The position numbers and the translations under genes were made by a program. The notes under the pieces were generated by a model, which made no database searches, had not been told where the DNA came from, and saw only the letters and a list, made by a program, of their open reading frames with translations. This document shows, piece after piece, positions 1 to 14,983 of a stretch of 64,000 nucleotides of DNA. The stretch spans positions 25,447,091 to 25,511,090 of the forward strand of contig CM119265.1 in the NCBI GenBank assembly GCA_051294375.1. The letters run 5' to 3'. This stretch comes from Paraspadella gotoi (lineage: Eukaryota > Animalia > Chaetognatha). The stretch's first letter is position 1, and every line of letters begins with the position of its first letter.

Positions 1-51
1 CATCCTATAGATTTTGGTGAAATATGATCCGTGAAAATTACTCCTACTTAT

Positions 52-120
52 TGACGTGATAAACGCCCCCGGAAGCTCCGACGGTGAGGTTTCCGGAAGT
101 GGGCGTGCCGGAAGTGGGCG
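52..120. promoter_or_regulatory. Possible housekeeping-type promoter cluster (CRE half-site plus three ETS/GABP-like CCGGAAG motifs)
   Basis: TGACGT at ~52, then CCGGAAGC and two copies of CCGGAAGTGGGCG within ~70 bp. No linked gene could be assigned. Confidence 0.3.
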
Positions 121-226
121 ATTCATCCTCTTCATCTTCACCGCCCATAAAATTTGGCGTTAGATGACGATTTCCCGCGACGACCGTTTGAGACGATGAA
201 GACGCCCAACGTTATTGCCGACCTTC

Positions 227-420
227 CATGCCGTCCCGTGATGCCGTCCCGAGATGCCGTCCCGTGATGCCGTCCCGTGCTGCCGTCCCGCGATGCCATC
301 CCGTGATGCTGTACCGTTTTGCCGGCCCGTGATTCCGTCCCGTAATGCCGTCCCATGCTGCCGGCCCGTGATGATGGCCCGTGATGGCCCGTGATGCCGG
401 CGCATGATGCCGACCCGTGA
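227..420. repeat. 13-bp GC-rich minisatellite (TGATGCCGTCCCG)n, degenerate, ~14 copies
   Basis: Periodicity is directly visible and explains the repetitive minus-strand ORFs at 138-448. Confidence 0.85.
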
Positions 421-3347
421 GCGGCTCATAACGGTTGAGGGAATTCACTCTCAGGTCGTGAAAAGTAATTCGTCGTTACTTTTCCTTCAGTTATTATGAG
501 AGCGAAATAAAGTGATAGTTAAATTTGAATAGTAGTATAGCAGTAGTAGTAGGTAGTAGTAGCAGTATTAGCTATAAAATTATCATAGGTAAGAAATCAT
601 AAGTAATAAATAAATTAAAGATATTTTGTTAATTTACCGAATCTCACCGCATCGTTTTACGCGCACCGCATTTCAGTTTTTCTTAATTTATTTTCTTCTT
701 CTTTCAAGTTTTTTTCTATTTTAATATTTTTTTCCAATTTTTTTCTCCTCATTTTTGTCTGAGCCTTAATCGACTTCAGAACCCCTCCCCGAGATCGGAG
801 GAGAAACCTTGTGCCATTCTTTATCGAGAAATCAACTGGATATGTTTAGTGGATTTTCTTTATTCTTAAGTTTTCCTTCTTTCTTTGCTTCTAAATGTAT
901 ATCGCCATAGTTTGTTGTACCTGATTAGGAATCGAAGAAAAGCCATGAATTTTCGAAAGCAAAACTCTTTACATTGAAATTTTATAATGAACTAATTTCA
1001 GTGTGTGTGTTACTCAAGCCATTACTCACCGGTTGAAAGCGGGAGAAATAATTAGTTCCTGTCAGTTTAACATTTCTGGGCGAAGGGATGGAAGCTTTTG
1101 GTAAAAAAAAGAAATTGAGCAAAAAATAAAAAAACAAAACCAAAAACACCAAAAAAAACCAACTAAAAACAAAAACAAAAAAACCGTGTAACTAAGAACC
1201 AAAACAACTTCCGCGCGAGAGGGAGCTTTGACCGTGGATCAGGGGGTGAGGCTGAAAGAAAGCTGGGGTTAAGCGAAGGTAAGTAAAAGTGTTCGCTTAC
1301 TAACTCAGCTAAAGGACAGTCTGGCTTTTCTCGATTTCCAGAATCGCTTTTTCGAATTAACGAGAGACAAAGGATGGAAATCGCTATGGGATTTCTTAGA
1401 AATTCCACTTTCAAGGATTTCGCAGAAATTAACTTTTAATGAAACTTGTAATATTTGAAAAAAAAGTTTTTATATCGCTTTTTTCATTAGACTTAGTAGA
1501 AAAATGAAAGAGAATAAAAATAATAGGATTCAGAAGGTCGTCATCCTTTTCATTTAACATGGGTGAGTGAAGCAGTGACTTTTCCAATAAAAGTAAAAGA
1601 CTATCAATTTCAATCTTTGTTAAGTTTTAAGTCCTTTTATGCAATTTAAACATTGTTTATAATCAGGGGCGGCGAGAGGGGGGGGACGCCCGGGTTCCAG
1701 GGGGGGCCGGTAGGGCCCAGGAAAAAAAAGGAAAGAAATGAAGAAAAAAAGAAGAAAAGACAGGGGCAAGATAGCTTAGTTATTAAATGAATGGTTAATT
1801 TTATATTGGTTGTACTAATTTCATTTCATAAGAATACCTAAGATTTCGTTACGCGCGCACCCAACGAAAATCGTTTCGAATCGCGAGAAAAGACAGAAAA
1901 ACAGAATCTCCCCTTAATTTCTAATAAATCTTTTTTTTTTCTTTTTCTTTTTCCTTTCATCGGTTTAGCCTTGAGAGTTTTTCACGATTTTCTCCGTTCG
2001 AAGCCTGAAATTCAATTAATTTTGATTTCCACCGGAAAAAAAAAAGTTTTTCTTTTTTTTATTAATCAAAAGTTATTACTTTTTTTTTTAAATAAAAAAA
2101 ATTTCCCTGGAATCGTTTTAATCCCGCGGAATGACTCGATATCAAGATGTCAGTTTCCCTCTTTCCCAACTTTTCGCGTTTTTATGAAATGATAACGAGA
2201 AATTCCGAAGCGAAGCGAAAGCAATAAAAACCTGCTCATCATATTTTCTCCCGATTTATCACAAAATTATGACAAGCCATAACCCAACTACATGTTTATA
2301 TCATAAGTAACAATATCACTTGATTATATGTGTCGCACCATCTTATTAAATCACATTAAACTACCGCTTAGTAAAATACGAGACTGCGATGTTACAAATA
2401 AAGGGAAAAAATTCAGAAAAGTTAATGCTCAATGATCCGATAATATGTCAAGTCATAACGATTTGATTTTTTTTTTTAAACATTTCCGGTCTTCGGTCTG
2501 ACCCTCAGTTCTCGTTCACCCCGGACAGTCATCACAGTAGAGTGGTGCTGTTTTTTTATGTTATTGTGTTCTAATACTAAGATTATTATTTATTAATCTA
2601 TATAAGACAATATAATTAATATTAAAAAAAATTATATTATATATTTAAAATTATTAATATTCATTATCCTAAAATTCATAACAAAATCAAATTATGTATA
2701 TAATTAATAGGGGATTTTAATATATATATATACATTTTAATAATTTAATTTTCAAGTATTACAAGATTTTAAACAATTATGGTATAAATTTTAATATACT
2801 ACATTTTTTACAGATATAAATAAACAATAATATTTTTTATCCAGATACTTTTTAAATTTTTTTTTGCAATTTCCCCTAAATTCGAACCGCCCTACTATTT
2901 CCCGCGTTTCGAAATCCGATCGTTTCGGAATTTTGGTCAGAAAAATTCTTTCGCTTCATGAATTATGCGACTCGATTTTTTTTTCTTTCTTCTGAAACGG
3001 AAAACCACAGCGCAAAAAAAATAAAAAGAATTCGATATCAGAAAATCTCCGTTCGGAAGATTTAAGCGCGGGGTGACGATGTAAAGGAAATTAAGACGTG
3101 GGGTGATCTTGAAAAGATAAAAATAAAAGGAGCAGGAAGAATATGGGAAGAGAGAAAGGGGCAAAAGGAGATTATATGAAAAAGAGTTTGTAGTAAGTTT
3201 GACTAACGCTAAATCTTTCCCTCTCTCTCTTTTTCCCCTTTCCTACTTTCCCCACTTATCCTTTCTCTTCTATTCTTTTTCTCTTTCCTTTGTTTCTTCT
3301 CTTTCCTCCCTTCCTCAATTCCTCCCTACTTTCTTTCATTATACTTT

Positions 3348-3381
<34 letters not shown>

Positions 3382-6300
3382 NNNNNNNNNNNNNNNNNNN
3401 NNNNNNNNNNNNNNNNNNNNNNNNNNNNNNNNNNNNNNNNNNNNNNNNNNNNNNNNNNNNNNNNNNNNNNNNNNNNNNNNNNNNNNNNNNNNNNNNNNNN
3501 NNNNNNNNNNNNNNNNNNNNNNNNNNNNNNNNNNNNNNNNNNNNNNNNNNNNNNNNNNNNNNNNNNNNNNNNNNNNNNNNNNNNNNNNNNNNNNNNNNNN
3601 NNNNNNNNNNNNNNNNNNNNNNNNNNNNNNNNNNNNNNNNNNNNNNNNNNNNNNNNNNNNNNNNNNNNNNNNNNNNNNNNNNNNNNNNNNNNNNNNNNNN
3701 NNNNNNNNNNNNNNNNNNNNNNNNNNNNNNNNNNNNNNNNNNNNNNNNNNNNNNNNNNNNNNNNNNNNNNNNNNNNNNNNNNNNNNNNNNNNNNNNNNNN
3801 NNNNNNNNNNNNNNNNNNNNNNNNNNNNNNNNNNNNNNNNNNNNNNNNNNNNNNNNNNNNNNNNNNNNNNNNNNNNNNNNNNNNNNNNNNNNNNNNNNNN
3901 NNNNNNNNNNNNNNNNNNNNNNNNNNNNNNNNNNNNNNNNNNNNNNNNNNNNNNNNNNNNNNNNNNNNNNNNNNNNNNNNNNNNNNNNNNNNNNNNNNNN
4001 NNNNNNNNNNNNNNNNNNNNNNNNNNNNNNNNNNNNNNNNNNNNNNNNNNNNNNNNNNNNNNNNNNNNNNNNNNNNNNNNNNNNNNNNNNNNNNNNNNNN
4101 NNNNNNNNNNNNNNNNNNNNNNNNNNNNNNNNNNNNNNNNNNNNNNNNNNNNNNNNNNNNNNNNNNNNNNNNNNNNNNNNNNNNNNNNNNNNNNNNNNNN
4201 NNNNNNNNNNNNNNNNNNNNNNNNNNNNNNNNNNNNNNNNNNNNNNNNNNNNNNNNNNNNNNNNNNNNNNNNNNNNNNNNNNNNNNNNNNNNNNNNNNNN
4301 NNNNNNNNNNNNNNNNNNNNNNNNNNNNNNNNNNNNNNNNNNNNNNNNNNNNNNNNNNNNNNNNNNNNNNNNAAAAACAATAATAAAATAAGGCATTTAA
4401 AATAAGATTAGGTGCGAAAACGGAACATTAGGAAAAATAGAATAATGACAACAAAATTAAAATAAATGGTTAAATTAAAAAACGCAAAAATCTAACTAAT
4501 GCTTCCTAAATCTTAGGCGATTTAATTATCTTGAAGCCTATCCTTTAAAGATTCTTTATGCTTACTAGTTGACTAAGCATTAGTGAGAAATAGCTCCCTT
4601 TGTTAAACTTTTTAAAAAGCTTCACTTAACAGCCTCACTTCGATTTTTTCACACGACACCTGACTGAATCACCATCGTCCTCTTTCACCCTTTAAAACCT
4701 CACTCTGAACTCACCTTTCACTTCACCTCTTTTTTTCTCTTAAAACCTGACGCTCACGATTCATTAATTTTATTTCCTTATTCGCTTTTTTTTCTCGCTG
4801 TTGCCATGGAGATACTTTTGTTTATTTTTTTTCTATCTTAATTTTTCATGTCGTTTCGTTGATGGGAAGAGAGAGAGAGATNNNNNNNNNNNNNNNNNNN
4901 NNNNNNNNNNNNNNNNNNNNNNNNNNNNNNNNNNNNNNNNNNNNNNNNNNNNNNNNNNNNNNNNNNNNNNNNNNNNNNNNNNNNNNNNNNNNNNNNNNNN
5001 NNNNNNNNNNNNNNNNNNNNNNNNNNNNNNNNNNNNNNNNNNNNNNNNNNNNNNNNNNNNNNNNNNNNNNNNNNNNNNNNNNNNNNNNNNNNNNNNNNNN
5101 NNNNNNNTAACTAATATCCGTTTTACTAGATTATCCAGAAAGCATTAGTCTTTAAAGAATATAAGCTGTTCAGTTTTTGCTCAAAACTCAAAATCGTCAA
5201 CCTCAAGATATTTAGTCAGAGACGGTCTGAACGCCAGAAGGGCNNNNNNNNNNTTCGCTCAAAAATCAAAATCGTCAACCTCAAGATATTTAGTCAGAGG
5301 TTTGAACGCCAGAAGGGCGGGAGTGTCGTGAAAGGATTTGAATGGAAAATGGCAAGTAGATTTTTGCGATGCTGCCAAGCATCTTTTAAAGATATATTTA
5401 CAAGACAGTCGGTTAGTGTAAAAATAGTTTGTTTTTTTTTAAATTTATTAAAATTGATTAACCAATCAATATAAATAAAANNNNNNNNNNNNNNNNNNNN
5501 NNNNNNNNNNNNNNNNNNNNNNNNNNNNNNNNNNNNNNNNNNNNNNNNNNNNNNNNNNNNNNNNNNNNNNNNNNNNNNNNNNNNNNNNNNNNNNNNNNNN
5601 NNNNNNNNNNNNNNNNNNNNNNNNNNNNNNNNNNNNNNNNNNNNNTTTTTTTTTTTTGAGTGAGATTCTCAGTCGCGATCGAAAAGATCACAAATCGATG
5701 TGAGAAATCGTGAAATTGGAATTTGATCAGCTGTGAGCGTCTCGTAATCACAAAAAAAGAAGGGAAAAAGGGAGTCAGAGAGTGAGAGAGAGAGGGAGAG
5801 AGAGAGAGATGATAAAAATAAGGAAACAAAAAATCGTAAATGGAAAAAAAGCGAAGTTAAATAACAAGAACAGAATTTTGATGAAAAGTTTGAAACTAAG
5901 ACAGCAGCAAGAACGCTGATAATGTACAATTTATAACTATTATTACCTTCAAAAAAAAAATTAAATCGCATTTGATATTTGCCTCATCAGAATTCAGAGG
6001 TAAATAGTTTCACGCCAATTTCCAATTTCGCGCCCGAAAATTCAACTGCAATTGCACTCTCCTTTGGAACTAAAAGGCCCCCAAGATTTAAAAGCATGAA
6101 AAGGAATCTGGTCCGATCGGCTGAGCAGCATTCTCTTGACAAATGATGGGTACTCAGAGAATGAGAGAGAGAGAGAGGGAGGGAGAGAGAAAGAGAGAAA
6201 GAGAGAGAGAGAGAGAAATAAAAATAAAAACAGACAATCAGACGAAGAGATCGATCGGAAATCCTCTTATTGACTTGCCTCTAGGAGTCGCAAACAAAAA

Positions 6301-6528
6301 AAAGGAGATAGACAAGGAATGAAAAGGTTAATTAAGGAAATAAAAAAATATATTTTTTGTTCCTTAAGCAAAGACAAGTGAACGACAAAGTGAAGACAAG
6401 ACAAGAGAAAGACAAGTGAACGACAAAGTGAAGACAAGACAAGACAAAGACAAGTGAACGAAAAAGAGAATCTCTCTCTTTTGTGATGTCCTTTCTCTCA
6501 CCCAATCTGCGACCAAGGTCCATGGAGA

Positions 6529-6567
<39 letters not shown>

Positions 6568-7600
6568 TCGGGAAATCCGGGTGGTTTTTTTCTCGTCTCG
6601 AGGGATTCCTCCTTAAGTATTAAGAAGTTTATCTCTCTCGCTATTTTTATTTTCTTTCTTTCTTTCCTTCTTTTTCTCTCTCTGTCATTTACTTTCTCTC
6701 TCTCTCCCTCCCTCCCTCCCTCTCTCTCACCCTCTCTCTCATCATCTTTTTTTAACATTCCATACGAACTGCACCCACATGTTCTTTATATTATGACCTC
6801 GACTCTTAATGTCTCTCCATCTGCCCCCAAAATTGCATATGACCTTCCCTTTAAACGCCTTACCTTCCCTTACCTAATCGATCAAGACTCAAACCAACTT
6901 CTACCCCGAAAGAATCTCTTTTCCCAGAGTACCTCCTTTTCGATTCGTTTTTCCCACAATTTAATNNNNNNNNNNNNNNNNNNNNNNNNNNNNNNNNNNN
7001 NNNNNNNNNNNNNNNNNNNNNNNNNNNNNNNNNNNNNNNNNNNNNNNNNNNNNNNNNNNNNNNNNNNNNNNNNNNNNNNNNNNNNNNNNNNNNNNNNNNN
7101 NNNNNNNNNNNNNNNNNNNNNNNNNNNNCCTGAACCCTAACCCGAACCTTTAACACTAAATGCTAGTTATCCCAAATCCTTCACTAAAATTATAAACTAG
7201 GTCCCTAACTTTAATCACTCACCTAATCCCTAAACTAATCCCCAACCCTAACCACTAACTTATATTTTTAACTAAAAAAAAATAACTTAATTCAGAATTT
7301 AAGATAAAATGGGTCGTTCTGGGAAAATAAGGCCCTGCTTTCAACCCTTCAGCCTCCAACCCGTCGTCAGCTTAGACTTCCAACTTCCACTTTCTTCTTC
7401 CTCTTTTCTTTAATTGGGGATTAAATCTTAAATCCTCGATCTTCTCTCTCTCTCTCTCTCTCTCTCTTCTCGATATTCTTTCTCGGCGAAAGAGAAAAGT
7501 CTTTTCCGGTTCGTCGCTCGGTTTAGTCCGGATGGCCGGAAAGAACGTCATTTTCCGTTAGGAAAGGAATTTTATTTGTTTATTATTATTATTATTATTA

Positions 7601-7633
<33 letters not shown>

Positions 7634-8075
7634 TTCATAATTTTGTCAGTTTTTTCCGTCCGTCCGTGTAACCGTCTGTCCGTATGACAATCGTTTTAGC
7701 AATGTTTAACAATTTAATAAAAGATCATAATTAATGCTGAAATTTTTTTACCTAAAGCGCAACAGTTTTAACTCGTTGGATTTGAAACAATCTTCTTCGC
7801 CGATAGTCCGATAGTAGTTGATAGTTCCTTGGGAATTTCACTGTCCAGGTGTTCATGCGGTGATCGAGTTGTCACAAATCTAATCCTAGCGATTGGTATC
7901 GTTGTCTTTCTTCGTTGCCATGACAACTTGACTGACGTCCCGCAAATGGCGATTGCGACTCGCAAGTAGAAGTGACAAACCGAAAGACAAGTATTTGAAC
8001 GTCGATGAGAATGAGTGAGAGAAAACGCTGTAACTAAAATTCATGATATTCTATATTCATAGGATGTCTGAAAAT

Positions 8076-8195
<120 letters not shown>

Positions 8196-9707
8196 GAACC
8201 AAACGAACACAACATAAAAACAAAACCAAAACATGAAAATGAAACAGAAACCAATAACGAAACATTTCGGCGGCAACGTATTTTCAGTTTTTCTCTCGAT
8301 TCGATACAATTCATCGCTGAATCTCATTATGAATGTCATTCTGAATGTCATTCTGAATCTTTTAGCGAATCGAAATGAATTAGGAGATAGAGACTCGAAG
8401 GGTGCCATTGGCGATTTGGTCAAAAATGCCATAGGCTATATCCTGAGTGATGCCATTGAAGATGCCATCAGCGATGCCTTTCGGCGATTGAATCGGCAAT
8501 GCGGTCAGTGCAACAATCAAGAATCAGTAAGCGTTGCCGTCGATAATGCCATTGAAGGTGCCCATAGAGATGCCACCAATTATACAATGATCGATACCAT
8601 CATCGAAGCCTAATGCCATTTTCTGATGCCATCACCGATGCCATCAAAGATTCCACTCGTCGTCCCAATAGACGTCCCTCCTCGATTTTTCTCTCTCTTT
8701 TCCAATTTGTGGTTTTTGGGTGACGCATCATTCCTTGTCTCCGCCAATACTCCTTCGTCTCAAGAACATTTTTTTCTCTCATGGTCTCTTCAATGTCCCT
8801 CTAGGGCTTTTCGCTTCTTTGTCCCTCTAGGGCTTTTCGCTTCTTTGTCCCTCTCGGAGACCATCTTTGTTCTCTGTCCCTGTCTTTGACTCTCATTTCT
8901 TTTTTCAAAATCTTTCATAAGATTAAGAGTCTCAATTCATTATTCACCACTTTTTTTTGCTTCCATTGTCTCTCAGCTTTTCTCTCTCGATGCCTCTATT
9001 AATTTCAAACTTTAACCCTTAATTTGACCATGGATAGAGGACATTTGCTTGTTTCTCATTGTTCTCAATCTTTGTCTATCATTGTCCTTTATCTCCTCTA
9101 GTCTCTCTTCTCTTTTCTTGTACCCCCCCCTCCTTTCCTCTTTTATTTCTCTTCCAATTCCCCCCTTCCCTTTTTTTTGAGTCTTTCTATATTATTCCTC
9201 GTCTCTACGTATTTGACCCCTTATGTCCCTTTTTCTCCTGCGTTCCTGTCTTCGCTTATCTCTCTTCTTTCTCCCATTTTGTTTATGTTCTCCCCGCAGT
9301 CTCTCTTCCAACCTCGGAACTCATTTTAGTCCTGTCAAAATTTCTCTCAGCCAAACATGAATGTCACCGGCCCCACTCTGTATATACTCACCCCAGCAGA
9401 GAAGCATTTTCTTCGCTCGCTCTTTTCGCCTTCTTGCATTTTCATTTCATTCCTGACCCATTTCTTCGTCGGGCGAGTCCACCAGGCTGTTCAAACAAAT
9501 TTGGGCCTATGATTTAATATTATATATTTTTTGGCTTATTATTTAGTCAATACTTTTTATAAATATAAGCTTATATAAATAATATTATAAAAAGTATTTG
9601 TACCAATTACTTATCGACTCTACAAACAACTTAAGCTAAATTTAGATTTAATAAATCACATTACTCTCCCCACTACCCCTAANNNNNNNNNNNNNNNNNN
9701 NNNNNNN

Positions 9708-11826
9708 ATAACATTGTGTATGAGATAGGCGGACGGAGGAAGGAAGAGGGCATTAACCTGGAGGCCTTTTTAAAAATATAACATTGTGTATGAGATAGGC
9801 GGACGGAGAAGGAGCAGGCCATTAACCTGGAGCCTTTTTTAAAAAAAATATAACATTGTGTATGAGATAGGCGGACGGAGGAAGGAACAGGGCATTAACC
9901 TGGAGGCCTTTTTTAAATATAACATTGTGTATGAGATAGGCGGACGGAGGAAGGAGCCAGGGCATTAACCTGAGGCCTTTTTAAAAATATAAACATTGTG
10001 GTTGAGATAGGCGGACGGAGGAAAGGAGCAGGGCATTAACCTGAGGCCCCTTTTTAAAAATATACATTTGTAATGAGATAAGGCGGACAGGACGAAGGAG
10101 GGCAGGGCATTAACGCTGGAGGCCTTTTTTTTAAAAATATAACATTGTGTATGAGATAGGCGGACGGGAGGAAAAGGAGCAGGGCATTACCTGGGGCCTT
10201 TTAAATAGTAACATTGTGTAATGAGATAGCGACGGAGGAAGGAGCAGGGCATTAACACTTGGAGGCCCTTTTTTAAAAATATAACATTGTGTTGAGATAG
10301 GCGGACGGAGGAAGGAGCAGGCATTAACCTGAGGCCTTTTTTAAAATATAACATTGGTGTATGAGATAGGCGGACGGAGGGAAGGAGCCAGGGCATTAAC
10401 CTGGAGCCTTTTTAAAAATATAACATTGTGTATAGAGATAGGCGACGGGAAGGAAGGAGCCAGGGCATTACCTGGAGCCTTTTTTAAAAATAATAACATT
10501 GTGTATGAGATAGGGCGGAAGAACGGAGGAAGGAGCAGGCCATTAACCCTGGAGGCTTTATTTTAAAAATATAACATTGTGTATGAGTAGGCGGAGAGCA
10601 GGAGCAGGGCATTAACCTGGGGCCTTTTTTAAAAATATAACATTGTGTTAGAGATAGCGGCACGGAGGAAAGGAGCAGTGGCATTAACCTGAGGCCTTTT
10701 TTTAAAAAATCATAAATTGTGTATGAGATAGGCGGCACGGAGGAACGGAAGCAGGGCATTAACCTGGAGGCCTTTTTTAAAAATATAACATTTGTGTATG
10801 AGAATAGGCGGACGGAGGAAGGAGCAGGGCATTAAACCTGGAGGCCTTTTTAAAAATATAACATTGTGTTTGAGTACGGCGGACGAGGAAGGAGCAGGCA
10901 TACCTGGAGGCCCTTTTTATAAAAATAAACATCTGTGTAGATAAGGCGGACGGAAAGGAGCAGGGCTAATTAACCTGGAGCCTTTTGTAAAACATATAAC
11001 ATTGTTGTTAGTGAGATACGGCGGACGGAGGGGAGCATGGGCATTAACCTGGAGCCTTTTTTAAAATATAACATTTGTGTATGAGATAGCGGACGGAGGA
11101 CGGAGCAGGGCTTAACCTGGCGAGGCCTTTTTTACAAAATATATACATTGTGTAATGCCAGATCCATGCGCGGACGGAGGAAGGAGCAGGGCATTAACCT
11201 GGAGGCCTTTTTTAACAACTATTCTAACATTGTGTATCGACGCATCAGCCGCGTCGACGAGAAGGACAGGCGAGCATTAACCTGGAGCCCTTCTTGTAAA
11301 CAAGGTATTAAACATCTTTGTGTATGGACGACTAGGCCGACGGAACGAGAGGATCCAGGCACGCAGAAAAGAAAAGCATAAACACGCTGGAGAGCCGCAT
11401 TCTTCTTGGTAACAACATACTATTACGGATTACTCGTGTCCACCTACATAGGACAGGACGGTACGAGAGACGAGTGCACCTACACCTCTGGAGGCCTTTT
11501 TTTAACAATATCGATCTTTCGAAACATTAGTCGTATGAGATAGGCGGGACGGAGTTATTAGGACAGGGCAATTAACCTGGAGGCCTTTTTTTAAAATTAT
11601 AACATTGTGGATGAGATAAGGCGGAGGAGGCAGAGAGGTGCCCACTTAACCTGGAGGCCTTTTTTAAAAATATAACAATTGTGTATGAGATGGCGGACGG
11701 AGAAGGTAGCAAGGGCATTACTGGAGCCTTTTTTAAAATATAACATTGTGTATGAGATTAGGACGGACGGAAGGAAAGGAGCAGGGCAATTAACCTGGAG
11801 GCCTTTTTTAAGAATATAACATTGTG
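9708..11826. repeat. Tandem satellite, ~69-70-bp unit, ~30 copies
   Basis: Unit approx. ATAACATTGTGTATGAGATAGGCGGACGGAGGAAGGAGCAGGGCATTAACCTGGAGGCCTTTTTAAAAAT, head-to-tail with no spacers. Starts at a 25-N gap. Indel noise peaks at 10900-11550. Confidence 0.95.
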
Positions 11827-13629
11827 CCGCGCGCGGAGAGCCCCCCAACTTTCTCCCCCCAAACAAGAAAAAGTCGCAGAAGACGAAATGTGGGGGTGAA
11901 AAACGTCTGCGGCCCACGGGAGACAGAGGGAAGACCCCCATGGAGTGGTCTTCGGTTGGTCGGGAAGGCGCAGTTTTTTTTTTCTTTTTTATTCTTTTAT
12001 CCTTCTTTTCTGTTTTACACTTGGAATAAAGTTTTAAAAGTTTGTATGATTTTTATCTCTTTCTACAAATGTTGAAATTTTCTCGTTTTAGTTTTAAATA
12101 TATATATATTTTTTTCGTTTGTTCCTTTTTAAAATCGCTTTGAATATCTTTGAAAAATCTAAATACTTTTTATTTTTGGTTTGATTCAGGTTCCATCGTA
12201 AATAATGATTGCTTTTATTATATATTTTTTTCTTTTCTGTTAAGCTTTTTACATTAATCTTGAGCTCAGTTTTGAGTTTTTCTCAATAATGCTGAAAAAA
12301 AAAACAGCTACAGAGCTCAACAAGCGCATCGAATTATTTTCACACAAAAACGAAATCGGGTTTTCGTCTTCAATTGAGAGACGAATCCTTTCCTGACGTC
12401 CCGCTCTCTTTTCCTTTACTCACATTCCCTTTTTTTTTCTTTTTAGAATTCCCGATATTTTTAATGAATAAATTTCATTGCGTTTCTTTCTTTTTTTNNN
12501 NNNNNNNNNNNNNNNNNNNNNNNNNNNNNNNNNNNNNNNNNNNNNNNNNNNNNNNNNNNNNNNNNNNNNNNNNNNNNNNNNNNNNNNNNNNNNNNNNNNN
12601 NNNNNNNNNNNNNNNNNNNNNNNNNNNNNNNNNNNNNNNNNNNNNNNNNNNNNNNNNNNNNNNNNNNNNNNNNNNNNNNNNNNNNNNNNNNNNNNNNNNN
12701 NNNNNNNNNNNNNNNNNNNNNNNNNNNNNNNNNNNNNNNNNNNNNNNNNNNNNNNNNNNNNNNNNNNNNNNNNNNNNNNNNAGAGAGAGAGAGCGAGAGA
12801 AGGACGCAGGAATTTTTTTCTAATACAGAGAAAACTAATCTTCTTCGTCCGATTAAAGTTTTTTTTTAAATTTATTAAATTTCTATTTTATATTGGTTAT
12901 ACCAACTTCATACAATGTACAATGTATAATAGTTAATTGATAACCATCTTCCTAGACATAAATGATAAATGTAGTTGCAACATTGTAATGAAAATCATAT
13001 GCTGTTCATTTGCCGTCATTTTATTAAAACCTCTAATTTTATAATTGAGACTAGAGTTAGTCAGTCCTTCAGTCAGTCAGTCAGTCTGTGAGACGATGTG
13101 GTCATTAAACTAATCTCACTCAAGTTCTCTGTCTTGTGAAAATTTCAAAAAGGATCGACTGAGATTTCGAGATCTTGTGACTTGAATTTTTNNNNNNNNN
13201 NNNNNNNNNNNNNNNNNNNNNNNNNNNNNNNNNNNNNNNNNNNNNNNNNNNNNNNNNNNNNNNNNNNNAAAAGATTTTAGAAAGAAAAAAATAAAAGAAA
13301 AATGGAGAAAAGAAAAAAAAAGAGAAAAAAGAGAAAAAAAAGAGTAATAAATGAAAGAAAAGAACAGAAGTTAGAAAGGAATGAAAAGATAGGAAAAACA
13401 TAAATGAAGGAAGGAAGAAAAAAAAAGTAGAAAGGAGGAAAAGAATAAAAAAAAGAAAGTTAAAAAAAATAGAGAAGAAAGGGAATAAAATATGATAATA
13501 GACTAGGATCTCTTACAAAAAAGTAAATAAAAAAAATAGTAAAGAAAAAAAATTTAAAAAAATAAAAAATAAAAAGATTAAAATGAAAAAGAGAGGTGAA
13601 AATATATTAAACGTTTAAATTTGACGAAA

Positions 13630-14915
13630 AATAAAGTTTTGTCTTATTTCTATGAAAATATAGAAATAATCTCGTAGCTTAGTTTTCCTTCACGTTAACG
13701 TCTTAATTCTGTTTTTTATTTGTTGCTGATGTATGCTACTGTATCATTATTTATATGAAATAAAATTCTCATTAAAGAAAGAAGAAATATCGACAAAAAA
13801 AAAGAAAAGCAAAAGAATAAGAGAGAAGAAAATGATGAGATTAAAAAAACCGATGAAAGTAAAGACATCGGAAGCCAAAATGACCCTCGTTGCCAGGCGA
13901 CCGTAAACAACCCCTCGGGCGATCGTTCGACGGAGCTGAGAAACTTCTTTTTTTCCTTCCTCTCGATCTGGGAGCCATCAAGCGGGATGGCAGGTAAAAA
14001 GCTTGCCTCAATAACTGCCTGAAGTAGCTTTTTTTTTAAAAAAACGAGCTTGACCCGAGTTGCTTGGTAGAAAATGAGAAGAGGAAGAGATGAAAGATGG
14101 GTACTATTTTCCGAAAGTCCCTCGTTTCTGTTCCTGATCGGCAAACTTAATTTCAATCTTAAAGTCTAATCTTAAGCTATTTTTAAACGCATAATAAATC
14201 CTTAACCTCAATTACTAACCCTAATATATAATACTTAACCCTAATATCTACTTTTAATCCCTAACCTTAATCCCTAATCTTTATTTTCTAATCTTAATTC
14301 TTACTTTATTCCTTAATCCGTAACCTTTTTTTTAAAACCCTAATCGCTAACCTTATTTACTAACCTAATCCTTATCCTTCATCTTAAAACTTGTGTTTAG
14401 TCCTAAAAACAAATTTAATTTTGAATTTAAATTGAAATACGGCGCATTCGGGAAAGAAGGTCGAAAAATAAAAGTCAAAAAGTAAGCTAAGTGTTTCGTA
14501 GCGGAAGAAAGATGTGAAGATGGGAAAAAAATTGTAAGAGATGATAAAATGAAGATGAATGGAATAGAAAATGTAAACGAAAAAAAATAACAACACCGTA
14601 AAAAATATAAAAAAGGTAAAGAAAATATTAATGTATAAAAGATTAAAGATTTTTCGAGAGGCTAATTTCACGCCGAGCGAGTCTCAACATTTTTTCAATA
14701 TTTATAGTTTTGTCATTCTTTTTTCCTTTTTTTTTTCTAATTCATTGTTAAATAATTCTCTCCTGCTCTCCCGTTATCTACTGTAGAGCCGATTGGACAA
14801 CAACGACAACAAACGAAGAACAACGACAACAATAACGACGGTTATCGACCCTCCACGTTCGTCAGCGAACCTGACAGGACAATGAGGATCCGGCGAAGAA
14901 AACGATGTCATAATG

Positions 14916-14983
<68 letters not shown>

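Noticed and set aside
3199-4405. Long ORFs in the track spanning N-gaps (also ~4.8, 5.5, 7, 12.4, 28.2 and 31.6 kb)
   Set aside because: They are open only because of Ns and microsatellites.
5165-5318. Tandem duplication around the 10-N gap
   Set aside because: Typical unmerged contig-end overlap.
9708-11826. CRISPR-like array
   Set aside because: Units are contiguous with no unique spacers, no cas genes are present, and the context is eukaryotic.
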